From positions 448,001 to 512,000 of the forward strand of contig OY761611.1 in assembly GCA_963664875.1 (NCBI GenBank): a stretch of 64,000 nt of DNA, in the 5' to 3' direction. Origin of the DNA: Candidatus Kapaibacterium sp. (GTDB lineage Bacteria > Bacteroidota > Ignavibacteria > Kapaibacteriales > UBA2268). The notes under the pieces were generated by a model. It was given only the letters and a program-made list of their open reading frames with translations, searched no databases and was not told the DNA's origin. The translations under genes were made by a program, and so were the position numbers. Every line of letters begins with the position of its first letter. Position 1 is the stretch's first letter. Below are positions 47,468 through 58,621 of the stretch, piece after piece.

Positions 47468-50422
47468 TCAATATTTTCCAAAATCATCTTCATCTAGACT
47501 TATTATATCTTCAGGATTTCCGAAAAAATCGTCTTCCGGAGATTTTCCGGCAGCACTTACAGGAAGCACCATAGATTCGTAGTTAGAATTTGCATTGATT
47601 AGAAAGTCATCTTCTGCCTGTGTTGATGACGAAAAGTTAGCACCTGAACTAAGTAGATTTCTGTTTGAAGACAACTGGAATCTATTTATCATACCTTTTA
47701 GTTGATTTGCCTGAGAAGACAATTCCTCAGCTGCAGAAGCAGATTCTTCGGCACTTGCAGTATTGGTTTGTGTTACTTTATCGATTTGATTTAGGCCTTC
47801 ATTGATTTGAGAGATACCTTGAGCCTGCTCATTAGAAGAAGAAGCAATTTCACCTACTATATCAGATACTTTAATAGAGGCATTGCGAATTTCTTCTAAA
47901 ACTTCACCTGTTCGGACAGCCAACATAGAGCCATTTTCAACAGTTTTGATAGTATTTTCTATCATTTCAGAAGTTTCTTTAGCCGCAGCAGCACTTCGAG
48001 CTGCCAGATTTCTTACTTCTTCTGCAACAACAGCAAATCCTTTACCATGACGACCGGCACGAGCAGCTTCTACTGCTGCATTTAGAGCAAGAAGGTTAGT
48101 TTGGAAAGCAATTTCATCAATAACCTTCATGATTCTTGAGATATTTCTGCTAGCTTCACTTATCTCATTCATTGCTTTATTTAGAGATGTCATTTCATGG
48201 TTACCTTTGTCGGCAGCCTTGTTTGCATCTTCACTTAAAATATTTGCCTGATTGGCATTTTCTGCATTAGTTCTTGTCTGTGAAGCAATTTCAGCCATAG
48301 AAGAAGTAATCTCTTCAAGTGAAGCTGCTTGCTCTGTAGCACCTTGAGATAAGGCAGTAGATGCATCAGATACCTGCAATGAGCCTTTTGTAACTTCATC
48401 TACAGTTATGGCTACATTGTATAAAATATCTTCTATAGAGTCAAGAGATTGATTTAGAGTATTTTTAAGTCTTAAAGCATCACCTTTAAAGTCACCTTTC
48501 ATTCTTTGAGATAAATCGCCTTGAGCAATTTTTTCAAAAATATGCATAGCTTCTTTGAAAGGCATTTGTGCAGCAGTTTTACTTATTGCATCTTTAAGTG
48601 CAGCATGATCTCCTACATATTTACCTTCTACTACAATACTCAAATTCCCGTTAGCCCATTGTTCTAAAACATCTTTTGTTTCTTTAATTGGAGTAACGAC
48701 TGCATCAAGAGTTTTGTTTACACCTGAGATCAATTCTTTGTAAGAATTTTCAAATTTTTCAGCATTCCCTCTGTAAGACAAGTCTCCTTGGACTGCTTTG
48801 TTTACCATGTCGTCAACTTCTTTTGTTATATCCAGAAGCTGTTGTCTGACTTTGTTTACATTAGTTGTTATAAAAGCTTTCTTACCAGGAAGCAATTCCA
48901 TTTTATCTTCAAAATTACCGACACCGTATTGAGCTACTACCTCAATAATTCGTTTTTTGACTGTTAGGTGTGAATTTACTTGTGCATTCACTCCAATAAC
49001 CATATCTTTATAAAAACCTTTGAACTTCTCAGGTAGCATAAAGAATTCAATGTCTCCTGCTTCTTGTTGTTTTTCCATTTCTGCCATGTCAGCAATAAAT
49101 ATCTTCAATTGTTCAATCAAATGATTGAGATTCAAAATAACAGTATCATAATCTCCACCAAAGCGTTGACTTATTGGTTCAGGCAGAATACCGTTAGATA
49201 AGTCAGTGATATTTCTAACTGTTAGTTCGAATGGTTTATTGAAAGCATCAATAATTTCATTCATTCCGATAAGTAGCTTGCTCCACTCGCCTACATATTT
49301 ACTAGTATTGGCTCTTGTACTTAGTTTTCCGTTCTTAGTTGCATTGATTAGATTGTTAGATTCGGAAATAATTCCATTCATAACGTCAATAGTAACATTA
49401 AGGTTGTTTTTGATTTCGTTAAAATCACCTTTATACTCATCTACGATTTTTGGAGGAATATCACCTTTAGAAATTCTGTCAACATATTCAGCAGTTACAT
49501 TTAAAGGTCCAATAACGGCATCTAATGTCTTGTTAAATCCTGTCATGATAGTCGCATACTGCCCTTTGAAAGAAGCAGCATCAGCTCTTTTATCTAATTT
49601 ACCAAGAATAGCTGCATCGGCAGTTTCATTAAGTTGAGATACCATCTTCTTAATATTTGTAGCCATAGTATTCATTGCATTTAACAAGATTCCAACTTCA
49701 TCTTTCTTTGAAGTATCTAAGTTTATATCAACTACACCATTTGCTATATTATTAGCAGCATCCACAGCAACGCTCAAAGGTTTAGTTATGCTTCTTAATG
49801 TAATGATCGTAATCATAATAGTCAAAAGTGCTGCTATAGCTCCGATTATATATAAGAGTGAAGATGCATCTGCATATTCAGCATCAGCACTTGCTGCAGC
49901 TTCAGTTTGAAGTTTTTCCTGATATGCAATCAAATTGTCAATATCTTTGAGATAAGTATTACCAATTTTAAGATAATCGCCGTACATTATTTCAAGAGCT
50001 TTTTGCTTACCTTCAGGTGTATTTAATTCAGCATAAGAAATCATTTCTTGCCAAGAAGCGACAAAGAGTTTACTGTTTTCTGTATAGATATCTAATAGTT
50101 TGATACCTTCTTCAGTAGTTATTGTTTTTTTCAGAATTTCTTCGTTTTCTTCAATAGTTTTTGCTGCTTTTGCAATTCTTTCTTTGCTTAACTTTACCTG
50201 ATCAGGAGTATGAGCAATAACAATATCTCTGAGCATTCTTGCCTGCAGATTAACAGCATCGATAATGGTATTTGAGTACTTGACTTTTGGGATACGGTCA
50301 TTTACCAATAATGATACTTCATTATTGATACCTTTCATGGCATTTATTCCGAGTATAATAATACTTAGAGTCGCAATTAGTATTACCGTAAAACCTAAAA
50401 TGATTTTTGCTGATATTTTCAT
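47468..50422 (-). CDS. Methyl-accepting chemotaxis protein (4HB sensor, poly-HAMP, short 36H/34H-like signalling domain, C-terminal DFGKY pentapeptide)
   Basis: Two [34 protein letters not shown]. Confidence 0.95.
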   Translation of the reverse strand: MKISAKIILGFTVILIATLSIIILGINAMKGINNEVSLLVNDRIPKVKYSNTIIDAVNLQARMLRDIVIAHTPDQVKLSKERIAKAAKTIEENEEILKKTITTEEGIKLLDIYTENSKLFVASWQEMISYAELNTPEGKQKALEIMYGDYLKIGNTYLKDIDNLIAYQEKLQTEAAASADAEYADASSLLYIIGAIAALLTIMITIITLRSITKPLSVAVDAANNIANGVVDINLDTSKKDEVGILLNAMNTMATNIKKMVSQLNETADAAILGKLDKRADAASFKGQYATIMTGFNKTLDAVIGPLNVTAEYVDRISKGDIPPKIVDEYKGDFNEIKNNLNVTIDVMNGIISESNNLINATKNGKLSTRANTSKYVGEWSKLLIGMNEIIDAFNKPFELTVRNITDLSNGILPEPISQRFGGDYDTVILNLNHLIEQLKIFIADMAEMEKQQEAGDIEFFMLPEKFKGFYKDMVIGVNAQVNSHLTVKKRIIEVVAQYGVGNFEDKMELLPGKKAFITTNVNKVRQQLLDITKEVDDMVNKAVQGDLSYRGNAEKFENSYKELISGVNKTLDAVVTPIKETKDVLEQWANGNLSIVVEGKYVGDHAALKDAISKTAAQMPFKEAMHIFEKIAQGDLSQRMKGDFKGDALRLKNTLNQSLDSIEDILYNVAITVDEVTKGSLQVSDASTALSQGATEQAASLEEITSSMAEIASQTRTNAENANQANILSEDANKAADKGNHEMTSLNKAMNEISEASRNISRIMKVIDEIAFQTNLLALNAAVEAARAGRHGKGFAVVAEEVRNLAARSAAAAKETSEMIENTIKTVENGSMLAVRTGEVLEEIRNASIKVSDIVGEIASSSNEQAQGISQINEGLNQIDKVTQTNTASAEESASAAEELSSQANQLKGMINRFQLSSNRNLLSSGANFSSSTQAEDDFLINANSNYESMVLPVSAAGKSPEDDFFGNPEDIISLDEDDFGKY

Positions 50423-50439
50423 AAAACACCTATATATAA

Positions 50440-50937
50440 TTATTTGTCTCTCAATATGTTGAATTCAGCCTCAGAAATTAGTTCGGATGGCTCTATTAAA
50501 ATCTTCACCTGATCTCCTACCTTACCTATTCCGGCAATGTATTTGTTGCCTTTGGTTAGTTTTTTATTCAAAGGAGGAGAAATATTTTCCTGCAAGATCA
50601 AAGCAACTTCGCTAACTTTATCTACAATTAATCCGAAAAGTTCTTCATGGATTATCAGTATTATGATGCAAGTGCGGTCGTTGTAGTCTGCAATCGGCAG
50701 TCCAAATCTTAGACGAGCATCTATTACAGGTATGACGTTACCTCGAAGATTAACAACACCTTTCACAAATTCCGGAGTATCCGGCATAGGAGAAATGGTC
50801 TGGATTCCTATAATCTGATTGACAAACTTAATAGGTATTCCAAATGATTCATTTTCTATATCAAAAGTGAGGTACTTATTTTTTAGAGAATCCTCTATTT
50901 CGTCTAATTCGAGTTGAGTGAGTTTCAAATCTTCCAT
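50440..50937 (-). CDS. cheW: Chemotaxis adaptor CheW
   Basis: [31 protein letters not shown]. Confidence 0.95.
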   Translation of the reverse strand: MEDLKLTQLELDEIEDSLKNKYLTFDIENESFGIPIKFVNQIIGIQTISPMPDTPEFVKGVVNLRGNVIPVIDARLRFGLPIADYNDRTCIIILIIHEELFGLIVDKVSEVALILQENISPPLNKKLTKGNKYIAGIGKVGDQVKILIEPSELISEAEFNILRDK

Positions 50938-50944
50938 AATTATC

Positions 50945-52126
50945 TTATTTCATATTTGGAAAAATAACTTTTACCTTGGTACCTACTCCCAGTTCAGATT
51001 GTATATCAATCTGACCATTATGTTTTCTTATAGCTTCACTGGCTATTATAAGGCCCAATCCTGTACCGGGTTCATCTTCAGTCCCTTTTTTGGAAGTGCC
51101 CAATTTTAACTCAAAAATATCATTTATTTCTTTTTCTTGGATACCAGTACCTTTATCGGCAATTTCTAGTAAAACATAATCAGGATCTTCAGTGAGAGTT
51201 ACTGTAATGCTACTATTTATATGACTGTATTTGACTGCATTCGAAAATATATTGCTAATTGCAGCAGCAGTCAAATTGCTGTCATATTTCAGCATTAGAA
51301 CATCCGGGATGTTTTTATCTACGGCGATGTTCTTTTTGTTTGTAGCATCTTTGAAATCATCAATAACATAGTTAATAGTATCTGATAAATTTTCAGTTAA
51401 TGGCTGGAAGTCGTGAGCACCAGCTTGTAATCTGCTCCAAATAATCAGATTTTCTAGCATAGTATATAGGTACTTTGCAGAGTAATTCAAATTGTATGAA
51501 ATATCAAGCAATTCTTCAACACTAAATTTCCCAAAACTTGATACTAACAAATCTGAAAGACCAAGCAAGCCCTGGAAAGGATTGCGTAACTCTTGAGCTA
51601 CAATCGAGAAGAACTTGTCTTTTCTTCTATTACTGTTGAGCAGTTCTGTTTTAGCATTTTGCAATTCATTATTCAAGGTTTCTAACGCGATAATTTGTGC
51701 TTCGTTTTTGTCATTCATTAGTTTTAGCTGCACTTGTACCTTGACACGAGCGATAACTTCTGCATAATTAAATGGTTTTGTGATATAGTCATTTACCCCC
51801 AACTGAAAACCTTTTATTATATCAGAAGATTCGGTTTTTGCAGTTAGAAAAATCACCGGTAAATCAAAATATCTGTCATTTGCTCTAATTTCAGCTAAAG
51901 TCTCATAACCGTCTTTCTCCGGCATCATTATATCAAGCAATACAGTATCGGGCTTTTCTTCATAAATCAAATCAAGTGCTTCCTGGCCGTTTTTTGCAGT
52001 TTTAGTTGTAAACCCTTCTTTGTTTAAAGTTCTTTCCAAAATCTTTAAATTTTCGTAAGAATCGTCAACTAATAAAACGTAGGACATATTTTCAAAAGTA
52101 ATTTCAGACATATTGTGTTCCTTCAT
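50945..52126 (-). CDS. Receiver-histidine kinase hybrid with H-box His replaced by Gln
   Basis: REC (VDD, LLDIMMP, FLTA, KP); FSIVAQELRNP; N-box SNAVKY, DKGTG, GTGLGL. Confidence 0.9.
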   Translation of the reverse strand: MKEHNMSEITFENMSYVLLVDDSYENLKILERTLNKEGFTTKTAKNGQEALDLIYEEKPDTVLLDIMMPEKDGYETLAEIRANDRYFDLPVIFLTAKTESSDIIKGFQLGVNDYITKPFNYAEVIARVKVQVQLKLMNDKNEAQIIALETLNNELQNAKTELLNSNRRKDKFFSIVAQELRNPFQGLLGLSDLLVSSFGKFSVEELLDISYNLNYSAKYLYTMLENLIIWSRLQAGAHDFQPLTENLSDTINYVIDDFKDATNKKNIAVDKNIPDVLMLKYDSNLTAAAISNIFSNAVKYSHINSSITVTLTEDPDYVLLEIADKGTGIQEKEINDIFELKLGTSKKGTEDEPGTGLGLIIASEAIRKHNGQIDIQSELGVGTKVKVIFPNMK

Positions 52127-52174
52127 AAAGGTCTAATCATAGTAATATACACGTTTTTTGAGAAATATATTTTA

Positions 52175-52975
52175 TCATAAAAACATTGCTAAACTAAAAG
52201 CCATGACAAACATACCTATGACCATTGAATAAATGGATTTATGGCCGTCATCATATTCCCTTGCTGTGGGTAATAGCTCGTCAAGAGATATAAAAACCAT
52301 TATTCCGGAGACTATCCCAAAAAGAATACCAAAGGTAATATCATTGAAAAAAGGTGCTAAAACAATATATCCTACTACTGCTCCAACAGGTTCTGCAAGC
52401 CCCGATGCAAAAGAAAGCCAAAATGCTTTTTGTTTGCTTCCTGTGGAAAAATATACAGGAACTGAAACAGCAATTCCTTCAGGGATATTGTGAATAGCAA
52501 CTGCAATTGCGATTGAAATCCCTATTGTAGGATCAGTCAAGGCGGCTGTAAATGTTGCTAAACCCTCAGGGAAATTATGAATTGCTATTGCAAGGGCAGT
52601 AAATAAACCCATTCTGTAAAGTTTATTTTCTTCAACAGGTTTATCCAAAGACTCTACTTTTTTTGGCTCGTGTGGATTTTCATAACTTGGTATTAACTTA
52701 TCTATTATTGCAATTATGAGAATTCCTCCAAAAAAGCTTGCCATCATGTACCAAGTTGAAACTGATTCTGAATAACCGGAAGATAAAAAGGATTCTTTTG
52801 CTTTGGCAAGAATTTCTACAAATGCTACATAAATCATTACCCCTGCTGAAAATCCCATAGCAGAAGATAAAAAGCTTTTATTTGTCTTTTTTGTGAAGAA
52901 AGCTAATGCACTTCCAATGCCGGTCGATAAACCTGCAAAAATAGTAAGACCTAAGGCAAACCAAAAATTATCCAA
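52175..52975 (-). CDS. zupT: ZIP-family zinc transporter
   Basis: [31 protein letters not shown]. Confidence 0.95.
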   Translation of the reverse strand: MDNFWFALGLTIFAGLSTGIGSALAFFTKKTNKSFLSSAMGFSAGVMIYVAFVEILAKAKESFLSSGYSESVSTWYMMASFFGGILIIAIIDKLIPSYENPHEPKKVESLDKPVEENKLYRMGLFTALAIAIHNFPEGLATFTAALTDPTIGISIAIAVAIHNIPEGIAVSVPVYFSTGSKQKAFWLSFASGLAEPVGAVVGYIVLAPFFNDITFGILFGIVSGIMVFISLDELLPTAREYDDGHKSIYSMVIGMFVMAFSLAMFL

Positions 52976-53543
52976 TCTTGTTCTCCGTATTGGGTTTCAT
53001 GTATGCCGGTGAAAGCTTATCTCCTATGCTATAATAAGTTTTTGAGGTATAATCATAGCAAAAGGTTTTTAGTAATTCAAAATTTGCTTTACCATTCGAA
53101 AGAAGAGTATCTTCTATCAATACATCCACAATTTCTCCAATAAATTGTGTATGAGAGCCTAAGTAAATCTGCTCTTTTAATTTACAAATAAGTGTAACCG
53201 GTAATTCTTGGAATATAGGGCAGTTATATTTATCATGTTTGTAATCGTGAAATCCAATTTCTTTTATCTTGTTTGTATTTTTCCCTGAATAAATACCGAG
53301 ATAATCAGCTTGTTTAACTAATTCTACTGTGGGAATCGACATTGAAAAACACTGATTTTGAATAATTGCATCATAAGTGTGTCTTTCTTCTCTCAATGAG
53401 ACTGCGATACAAGGAGGTTGACTACAGCATATACCTGCCCATGAAGCTGCCATTAAATTTGGAATATTGTTACTATCATATGTACCAACTAAATAAACCG
53501 GCAAAGGGAAACCGTAAGTTCCGGGAGCAAGTGATACCTTCAT
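52968..53543 (-). CDS. Flavin reductase family (flavoredoxin-like)
   Basis: [37 protein letters not shown]. Confidence 0.88.
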   Translation of the reverse strand: MKVSLAPGTYGFPLPVYLVGTYDSNNIPNLMAASWAGICCSQPPCIAVSLREERHTYDAIIQNQCFSMSIPTVELVKQADYLGIYSGKNTNKIKEIGFHDYKHDKYNCPIFQELPVTLICKLKEQIYLGSHTQFIGEIVDVLIEDTLLSNGKANFELLKTFCYDYTSKTYYSIGDKLSPAYMKPNTENKIG

Positions 53544-53555
53544 TTAATTCCTATC

Positions 53556-54620
53556 CTATTTTTTGATACTTTGTTTGATTGTCAATTGATTTTGCATAAG
53601 ATATTGATTTTTCGTTATAATCAAATCAGTTTGACTGTATTTCAATCTGTTTTTTTGATTCCATTTTTCGAAATCTATATATTTCTTTGAATTATTTTTG
53701 AACCAACTTTGAAGCTCACTAATATTATTTGCTGCAAATATCCAAAAATCATATTCCTGAAGATGATTACTGCTTAGAACTGCCTTTAAATGTTTAAAAT
53801 ACCCATAGTCTGTCAATTCTTTGTCTTTAGTAATGCCTTCTACTAGTTTCTTTCTGATTTTTGTCAGTTCTTCAATAGTTTTAAATGGTTTAAGTTCTTT
53901 TTTTAGGGAAGCAACATATTTAGTAATTGGCTTCAGGTTCTTAGCAGTATCAAGATATTTGTCTAAATCTGACTTGTTTTTAGCTAAATATTTATAGTTT
54001 TTCCAGAGTAGTTTAGATATTTCTTCAAATTTGAAACTATCATAAGTTAGAAGAAGATAGTTTTCTGCAAAATATGCAGACCAAAATATCTCATTGCTTT
54101 CATGATAGTATTTAGCAAGATGATAATAGTTCAAATCGAGAGCAGGTTGAACGATAATCCCTGTTTCGAATAAAGTTTCTGCTTCATCATATTCTTCCGT
54201 AGCAATTTTACTTAATGCAAGTTCCATATACAATCTACCTGCATCAGGATATTTTTTTATTCCATTCTCGTAAATTGCGACTGACCTTTTGAAATTTCCA
54301 AGTTTTGCTTCGCAATTTCCAAGTAATTGGTAAATCCTTGGATTTTCAATGCCATGTTTTACTAAGGAATCGAGCATAATTCGGCATGGTTCATTTTTTT
54401 CAAGCTGATAAAGACAAAGTGCATATTCGTAAGGATACAACCAATGCTCAGGGTCTAATTCCATTGCTTTGTTTAATAGATCCATTGCCCTATCGTATTT
54501 ACCTTTTTCAATTAGCTGAATAGCTTCATGTCCGATATCGTATGCCTGTGCTTTTTCACGTTTCCCGGCACTTAGTACTGAAAGACTTACAACAAGCAAT
54601 AACACAATCATATATTTCAT
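53556..54620 (-). CDS. Exported tetratricopeptide repeat protein (likely start MKYMIV)
   Basis: Signal peptide, TPR units (AMELDP, YQLLGN, KYPDAGRLY). Confidence 0.8.
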   Translation of the reverse strand: MKYMIVLLLVVSLSVLSAGKREKAQAYDIGHEAIQLIEKGKYDRAMDLLNKAMELDPEHWLYPYEYALCLYQLEKNEPCRIMLDSLVKHGIENPRIYQLLGNCEAKLGNFKRSVAIYENGIKKYPDAGRLYMELALSKIATEEYDEAETLFETGIIVQPALDLNYYHLAKYYHESNEIFWSAYFAENYLLLTYDSFKFEEISKLLWKNYKYLAKNKSDLDKYLDTAKNLKPITKYVASLKKELKPFKTIEELTKIRKKLVEGITKDKELTDYGYFKHLKAVLSSNHLQEYDFWIFAANNISELQSWFKNNSKKYIDFEKWNQKNRLKYSQTDLIITKNQYLMQNQLTIKQSIKK

Positions 54621-54636
54621 AATAAACTCCATAAAT

Positions 54637-54676
54637 AAAAAAGCCATTCCCTACACTAATCATAGGGAATGGCAAA
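54637..54676 (-). terminator. Intrinsic terminator after MCP
   Basis: gccattcccta...tagggaatggc with flanking A-tracts. Confidence 0.8.
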
Positions 54677-54692
54677 ATAAATAAAAATCTTT

Positions 54693-57600
54693 TTATCTAA
54701 GAAGTTTATTCTTTGTTCCTTGCAAAAATAACCTATCTTCCGAATTATTTGAAGAATGATGTCTATCAGCTAATCTGAATTTGGAAATTTCAGCAGCCAA
54801 CTCTTTAGTCATATTTTTTAGTTGATCGGACAAATTAGATACACCTTCTATCCTCTTTGCAGATTCGGATGTTACCTGAGATATTGATGATATGTTTTTA
54901 GAGATTTCTTCAGAAGTTGCTGATTGTTCTTCATTTGCGGAAGCCATCTGATTGACCATATCTTTTAAGCTTTTAGAACTGTTAACTATTTTCTTTAGTG
55001 CTTCTCCGGCATTATCAGCAAATGAAATACCATTATCAACTTCAATTTTGCCTTTGTGCATAGCATCAACTGCTTTTTGAGTTTCTTTTTGAACATCTAT
55101 TATCATAGTACTTATTTGTTTAGTAGCATCTGAAGTTCTTTCAGCTAACTTTCTGACTTCATCTGCAACAACAGCAAATCCTCTGCCCTGCTCTCCTGCA
55201 CGAGCCGCCTCAATTGCAGCATTTAAAGCTAAAAGATTGGTTTGGTCAGCTATCTCATCAATTACCGAAATGATTTCGCCAATTTTGCTTGAAGCTCTCC
55301 CCAATTCTTCGATTTGGTCAGCAGAATCAGAAACAACCGAGGCAATATCCTTCATTTTAGAAATAGTTTCTTGAACTATATTGCCTCCATTTTCAGCTAA
55401 TTTACCGTTTTCTGTTGCTAAATCAGAAGTTTTTTGTGAACTAATAGCATTTTGTGTAATCGTTGCAGAAAGCTCTTCTACAGCAGACGCGACTTCTTCA
55501 GCCTGAGAGCTTTGCTCTAGGGTTGCAGCTGCAAGTGCGTCTGTATTATTGCTTATTGTATTTGTTGAGTCATCGACTTTAACAACCATATTTTTTACAT
55601 TTGATAAAACATCATTCAACGAAATCAATAGAGAATTTTGCTTTTCTTTAAGTTTTTGATAGTCACCCTCATACTCACCTGTCATGAATATCGACAAATT
55701 TCCTGATTCCATAGTTTCTATAACAGCTAAGGATTCGTTAATAGGTGCAAGTACATTTTCCAAGATATTATTTACACCTTCCACAAGGTTTCGATAATCT
55801 CCATTGAAGGTTTTGGAATCAATTCTATATTTCAGGTTCCCTTTTTCTGCTTGTGCAACAAACATATTTACACTATTAAGTACAGAATTAATCGATTGGA
55901 ATGATGATAGTAAAGCGTTCGAAATTTTTCTGAAATTACTATATGCTACTTCTAAATGCTCATCTTGAGGCGTTTCCAATTCGAATTTGCAATCCAAACA
56001 ACCTTTACTTAGAGATTCTAAAGAAAGGATCAATTCTTCTGTTTTCTCAGTTTGATATTGAGAAATGTTTTGAGCTACTTTCATTTGATTTTTGACTGCT
56101 GTTTGATCAAATACAATTTCAAAAGCCCCTATAGTATTGTTATTTTTATCCCTGATTGGTACACCGGAATATAATACTTCTAACTTATGTTTACCCGGAC
56201 TTGCTATTGTTTCTGATGATTGAGGTCTGTTTGAATTCATCGTTTTCAAACAAGCACAGTTTTCGGTATTACAATCTTGCGTTTTAAAATGATTAAAACA
56301 TTTTGTGCCTTCTAATTCATAACCTTGTTTATTGTCTAATGAAGCCCCTGTTTCATTAAGGAAGAGAATGTTAAAGTCTTTGTCAATACTCATCAAAGGA
56401 GCGTTAATACTATCCAAAAGAGAAACAACAGCATCCATTGATGAATTAAGCCCTTGCATGATGTTTTTGTATTCTCCTGATAACTGATTTGCATCAATTC
56501 TGTAACGAAGTTTTCCATTGGAAATATTACTTACAAAACGATTAGCTCCCGAAATCATAGTATTTAAAGAATCAATACAGAGATTCAAATTGTTTTTGAT
56601 TTCGTTAAAATCACCTTTGTAATCTTCTGTAATTTTTGCAGGTATGTCTCCTTTAGAAATCCTATCTACATATTCAGCGGTTACATTCAATGGATGAATG
56701 ACAGCATCTAAAGTTTTATTTAGCCCTAACAATATAACCTGAAATTGTCCTTTGGCTTTTCTCTCATCTGCTCTTACGTCAAGAAGGCCATTAGATATTG
56801 AATTTGAAAGAGAATTTAATTCTACGGAAAGCATTTCTACAGAATTACCAATTTGATTGATAGAATTTGAAAATTTAGACAATTCTCCCGGTAAATCTTT
56901 CATTCTCTCACTTAAATCTCCGTTTGAATATTTAACTGCTATTTGTATAGTATCAGATAGATAATTATCTAATTTTCCAAATGCCATATTGATTTTTTGT
57001 AGTAATTCTTTATAAAAACCCTCATATTTTTTTGAAGGTGCCTGATAACTAATATTACCATCGGTTTGATTTTGATAGACTAAATCCAGTTCGTTATTCA
57101 ACGAAGAAATTGATTTGATAAGCAGATTGAGAGCACTTTTAATTCTGTCAAAATCGCCTTTGTAATTCTCATTTATGGTATCCGGAAGCACTCCATTACT
57201 AATTTGTTCGAGATAATTAATAGTTTTATCAATAGGATGAACCATTACTTCTATGCAACCGTTTATTTTGTTTAATATTTCTGAATAAACACCTTTTAGA
57301 TCGTTATTGTTTCTATAACTAAGATTCCCATTGTCAATCTCTGAAGTAAAAATATCTATTTGATTCAGAAGTGTTGTTTGTACTTTGACCATGGACTGAT
57401 AAGAAGCTACAAGCAGTCCTATTTCATCACTTGATTTTTGTTGTGCAAGAATCTTATATTGTTCATCATTGTCAAAATAACTAATATTTCCGCTTTCTAA
57501 AGCTTGATTTGCAGAAAGTATTATTGATAATTTATTTGAGACTATATATTTCACTACTAAAATCAAAGCGATATAAAGCAACAAAAACAGGCCACCTATA

Positions 57601-58529
57601 ACTATATTTATTACGAATACAAAATCAGAAACAGCTGCCATTTTTTTAGATATATCCTGCGAAAACAACATTATACCAATTGTTTTACCAGAGAAGTCCT
57701 TTAAAGGAATATAACTGGTTGCAGTATTATCTGAAATATCCGTAGTAATTTCAGATGAGGAGACTGTTTGTTTTAGATAGGCTTCTTTAATTATTTCCTT
57801 AGGTTTTATAGTTTCTATGCTGACTTTAGAAATTAAGTAGTCTCCAATTTCATCAGAGTAGTTTTCTTTAAGCTGTTCGGGTAAAAACAGCGAAGATGCG
57901 ATAGTTTTATTTACAGCATAAAATGCAAAATAGCTTGAATCGTTGCCGGTAAGAATTTTAATAATATCCATTGGATTATAGAACATTTCTACCGAACCTT
58001 TATAATCCTCATTCTTTAATATGGGTGCAATACCTCTAATTGCAAATCCACCTTTACCCAATTCTATTGCTTTAAGAGGTTTTTTTGTTTGATAAACATG
58101 CAAGATTGTATTTCTGAAGCCTGACAAGTCATCAAATCTTTTATTTGTCCAATTGCGATATAAACTTTTGGCAGGAGGCCTATGGAAATGCACCTTAAAA
58201 TCAGAATTCCCATTTTCTTCCGTTATAGATTCTCTAAGAGGGGCAACTGTTTTCTCAAGGGCATCTACTGCTAATTCATCAGGTAATTCATAAGCAGAAA
58301 TAACTTCTGCATTATTCGCGAAAAACAAAGAAGTTTCCAATGCTTTGCTTTGGTACTCTTCAATTAGTTTTGATAGCTTATTAGCATCAATATTTGCCTG
58401 CTTTTTTAAATCTTGAACTATCTGCTCATTCATTTTACTATCAATAAGATAAGTCGTAATTAGTAAAATGGATATAAAAAATGGAGTAAGCCACAAAAGA
58501 ATTTTTGTAGAAATCGTGTTGATTTTCAT
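54693..58529 (-). CDS. Methyl-accepting chemotaxis protein (Cache sensor, poly-HAMP, Cys-rich PAS, 40H-like signalling domain)
   Basis: [31 protein letters not shown] (Cache_3-like); [29 protein letters not shown]. Confidence 0.95.
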   Translation of the reverse strand: MKINTISTKILLWLTPFFISILLITTYLIDSKMNEQIVQDLKKQANIDANKLSKLIEEYQSKALETSLFFANNAEVISAYELPDELAVDALEKTVAPLRESITEENGNSDFKVHFHRPPAKSLYRNWTNKRFDDLSGFRNTILHVYQTKKPLKAIELGKGGFAIRGIAPILKNEDYKGSVEMFYNPMDIIKILTGNDSSYFAFYAVNKTIASSLFLPEQLKENYSDEIGDYLISKVSIETIKPKEIIKEAYLKQTVSSSEITTDISDNTATSYIPLKDFSGKTIGIMLFSQDISKKMAAVSDFVFVINIVIGGLFLLLYIALILVVKYIVSNKLSIILSANQALESGNISYFDNDEQYKILAQQKSSDEIGLLVASYQSMVKVQTTLLNQIDIFTSEIDNGNLSYRNNNDLKGVYSEILNKINGCIEVMVHPIDKTINYLEQISNGVLPDTINENYKGDFDRIKSALNLLIKSISSLNNELDLVYQNQTDGNISYQAPSKKYEGFYKELLQKINMAFGKLDNYLSDTIQIAVKYSNGDLSERMKDLPGELSKFSNSINQIGNSVEMLSVELNSLSNSISNGLLDVRADERKAKGQFQVILLGLNKTLDAVIHPLNVTAEYVDRISKGDIPAKITEDYKGDFNEIKNNLNLCIDSLNTMISGANRFVSNISNGKLRYRIDANQLSGEYKNIMQGLNSSMDAVVSLLDSINAPLMSIDKDFNILFLNETGASLDNKQGYELEGTKCFNHFKTQDCNTENCACLKTMNSNRPQSSETIASPGKHKLEVLYSGVPIRDKNNNTIGAFEIVFDQTAVKNQMKVAQNISQYQTEKTEELILSLESLSKGCLDCKFELETPQDEHLEVAYSNFRKISNALLSSFQSINSVLNSVNMFVAQAEKGNLKYRIDSKTFNGDYRNLVEGVNNILENVLAPINESLAVIETMESGNLSIFMTGEYEGDYQKLKEKQNSLLISLNDVLSNVKNMVVKVDDSTNTISNNTDALAAATLEQSSQAEEVASAVEELSATITQNAISSQKTSDLATENGKLAENGGNIVQETISKMKDIASVVSDSADQIEELGRASSKIGEIISVIDEIADQTNLLALNAAIEAARAGEQGRGFAVVADEVRKLAERTSDATKQISTMIIDVQKETQKAVDAMHKGKIEVDNGISFADNAGEALKKIVNSSKSLKDMVNQMASANEEQSATSEEISKNISSISQVTSESAKRIEGVSNLSDQLKNMTKELAAEISKFRLADRHHSSNNSEDRLFLQGTKNKLLR

Positions 58530-58568
58530 CTGAAAGTCCCTAAATATGAAAAACTATCGCTACTAAAC

Positions 58569-58606
58569 AAACAATTAGCCAACTGTTTAGATTGGCTAAT
58601 TGTTTG
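58569..58606. terminator. Intrinsic terminator between MCP genes
   Basis: aaacaattagccaa...ttggctaattgttt 14-bp stem. Confidence 0.8.
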
Positions 58607-58621
58607 AATATTTTAATCATT

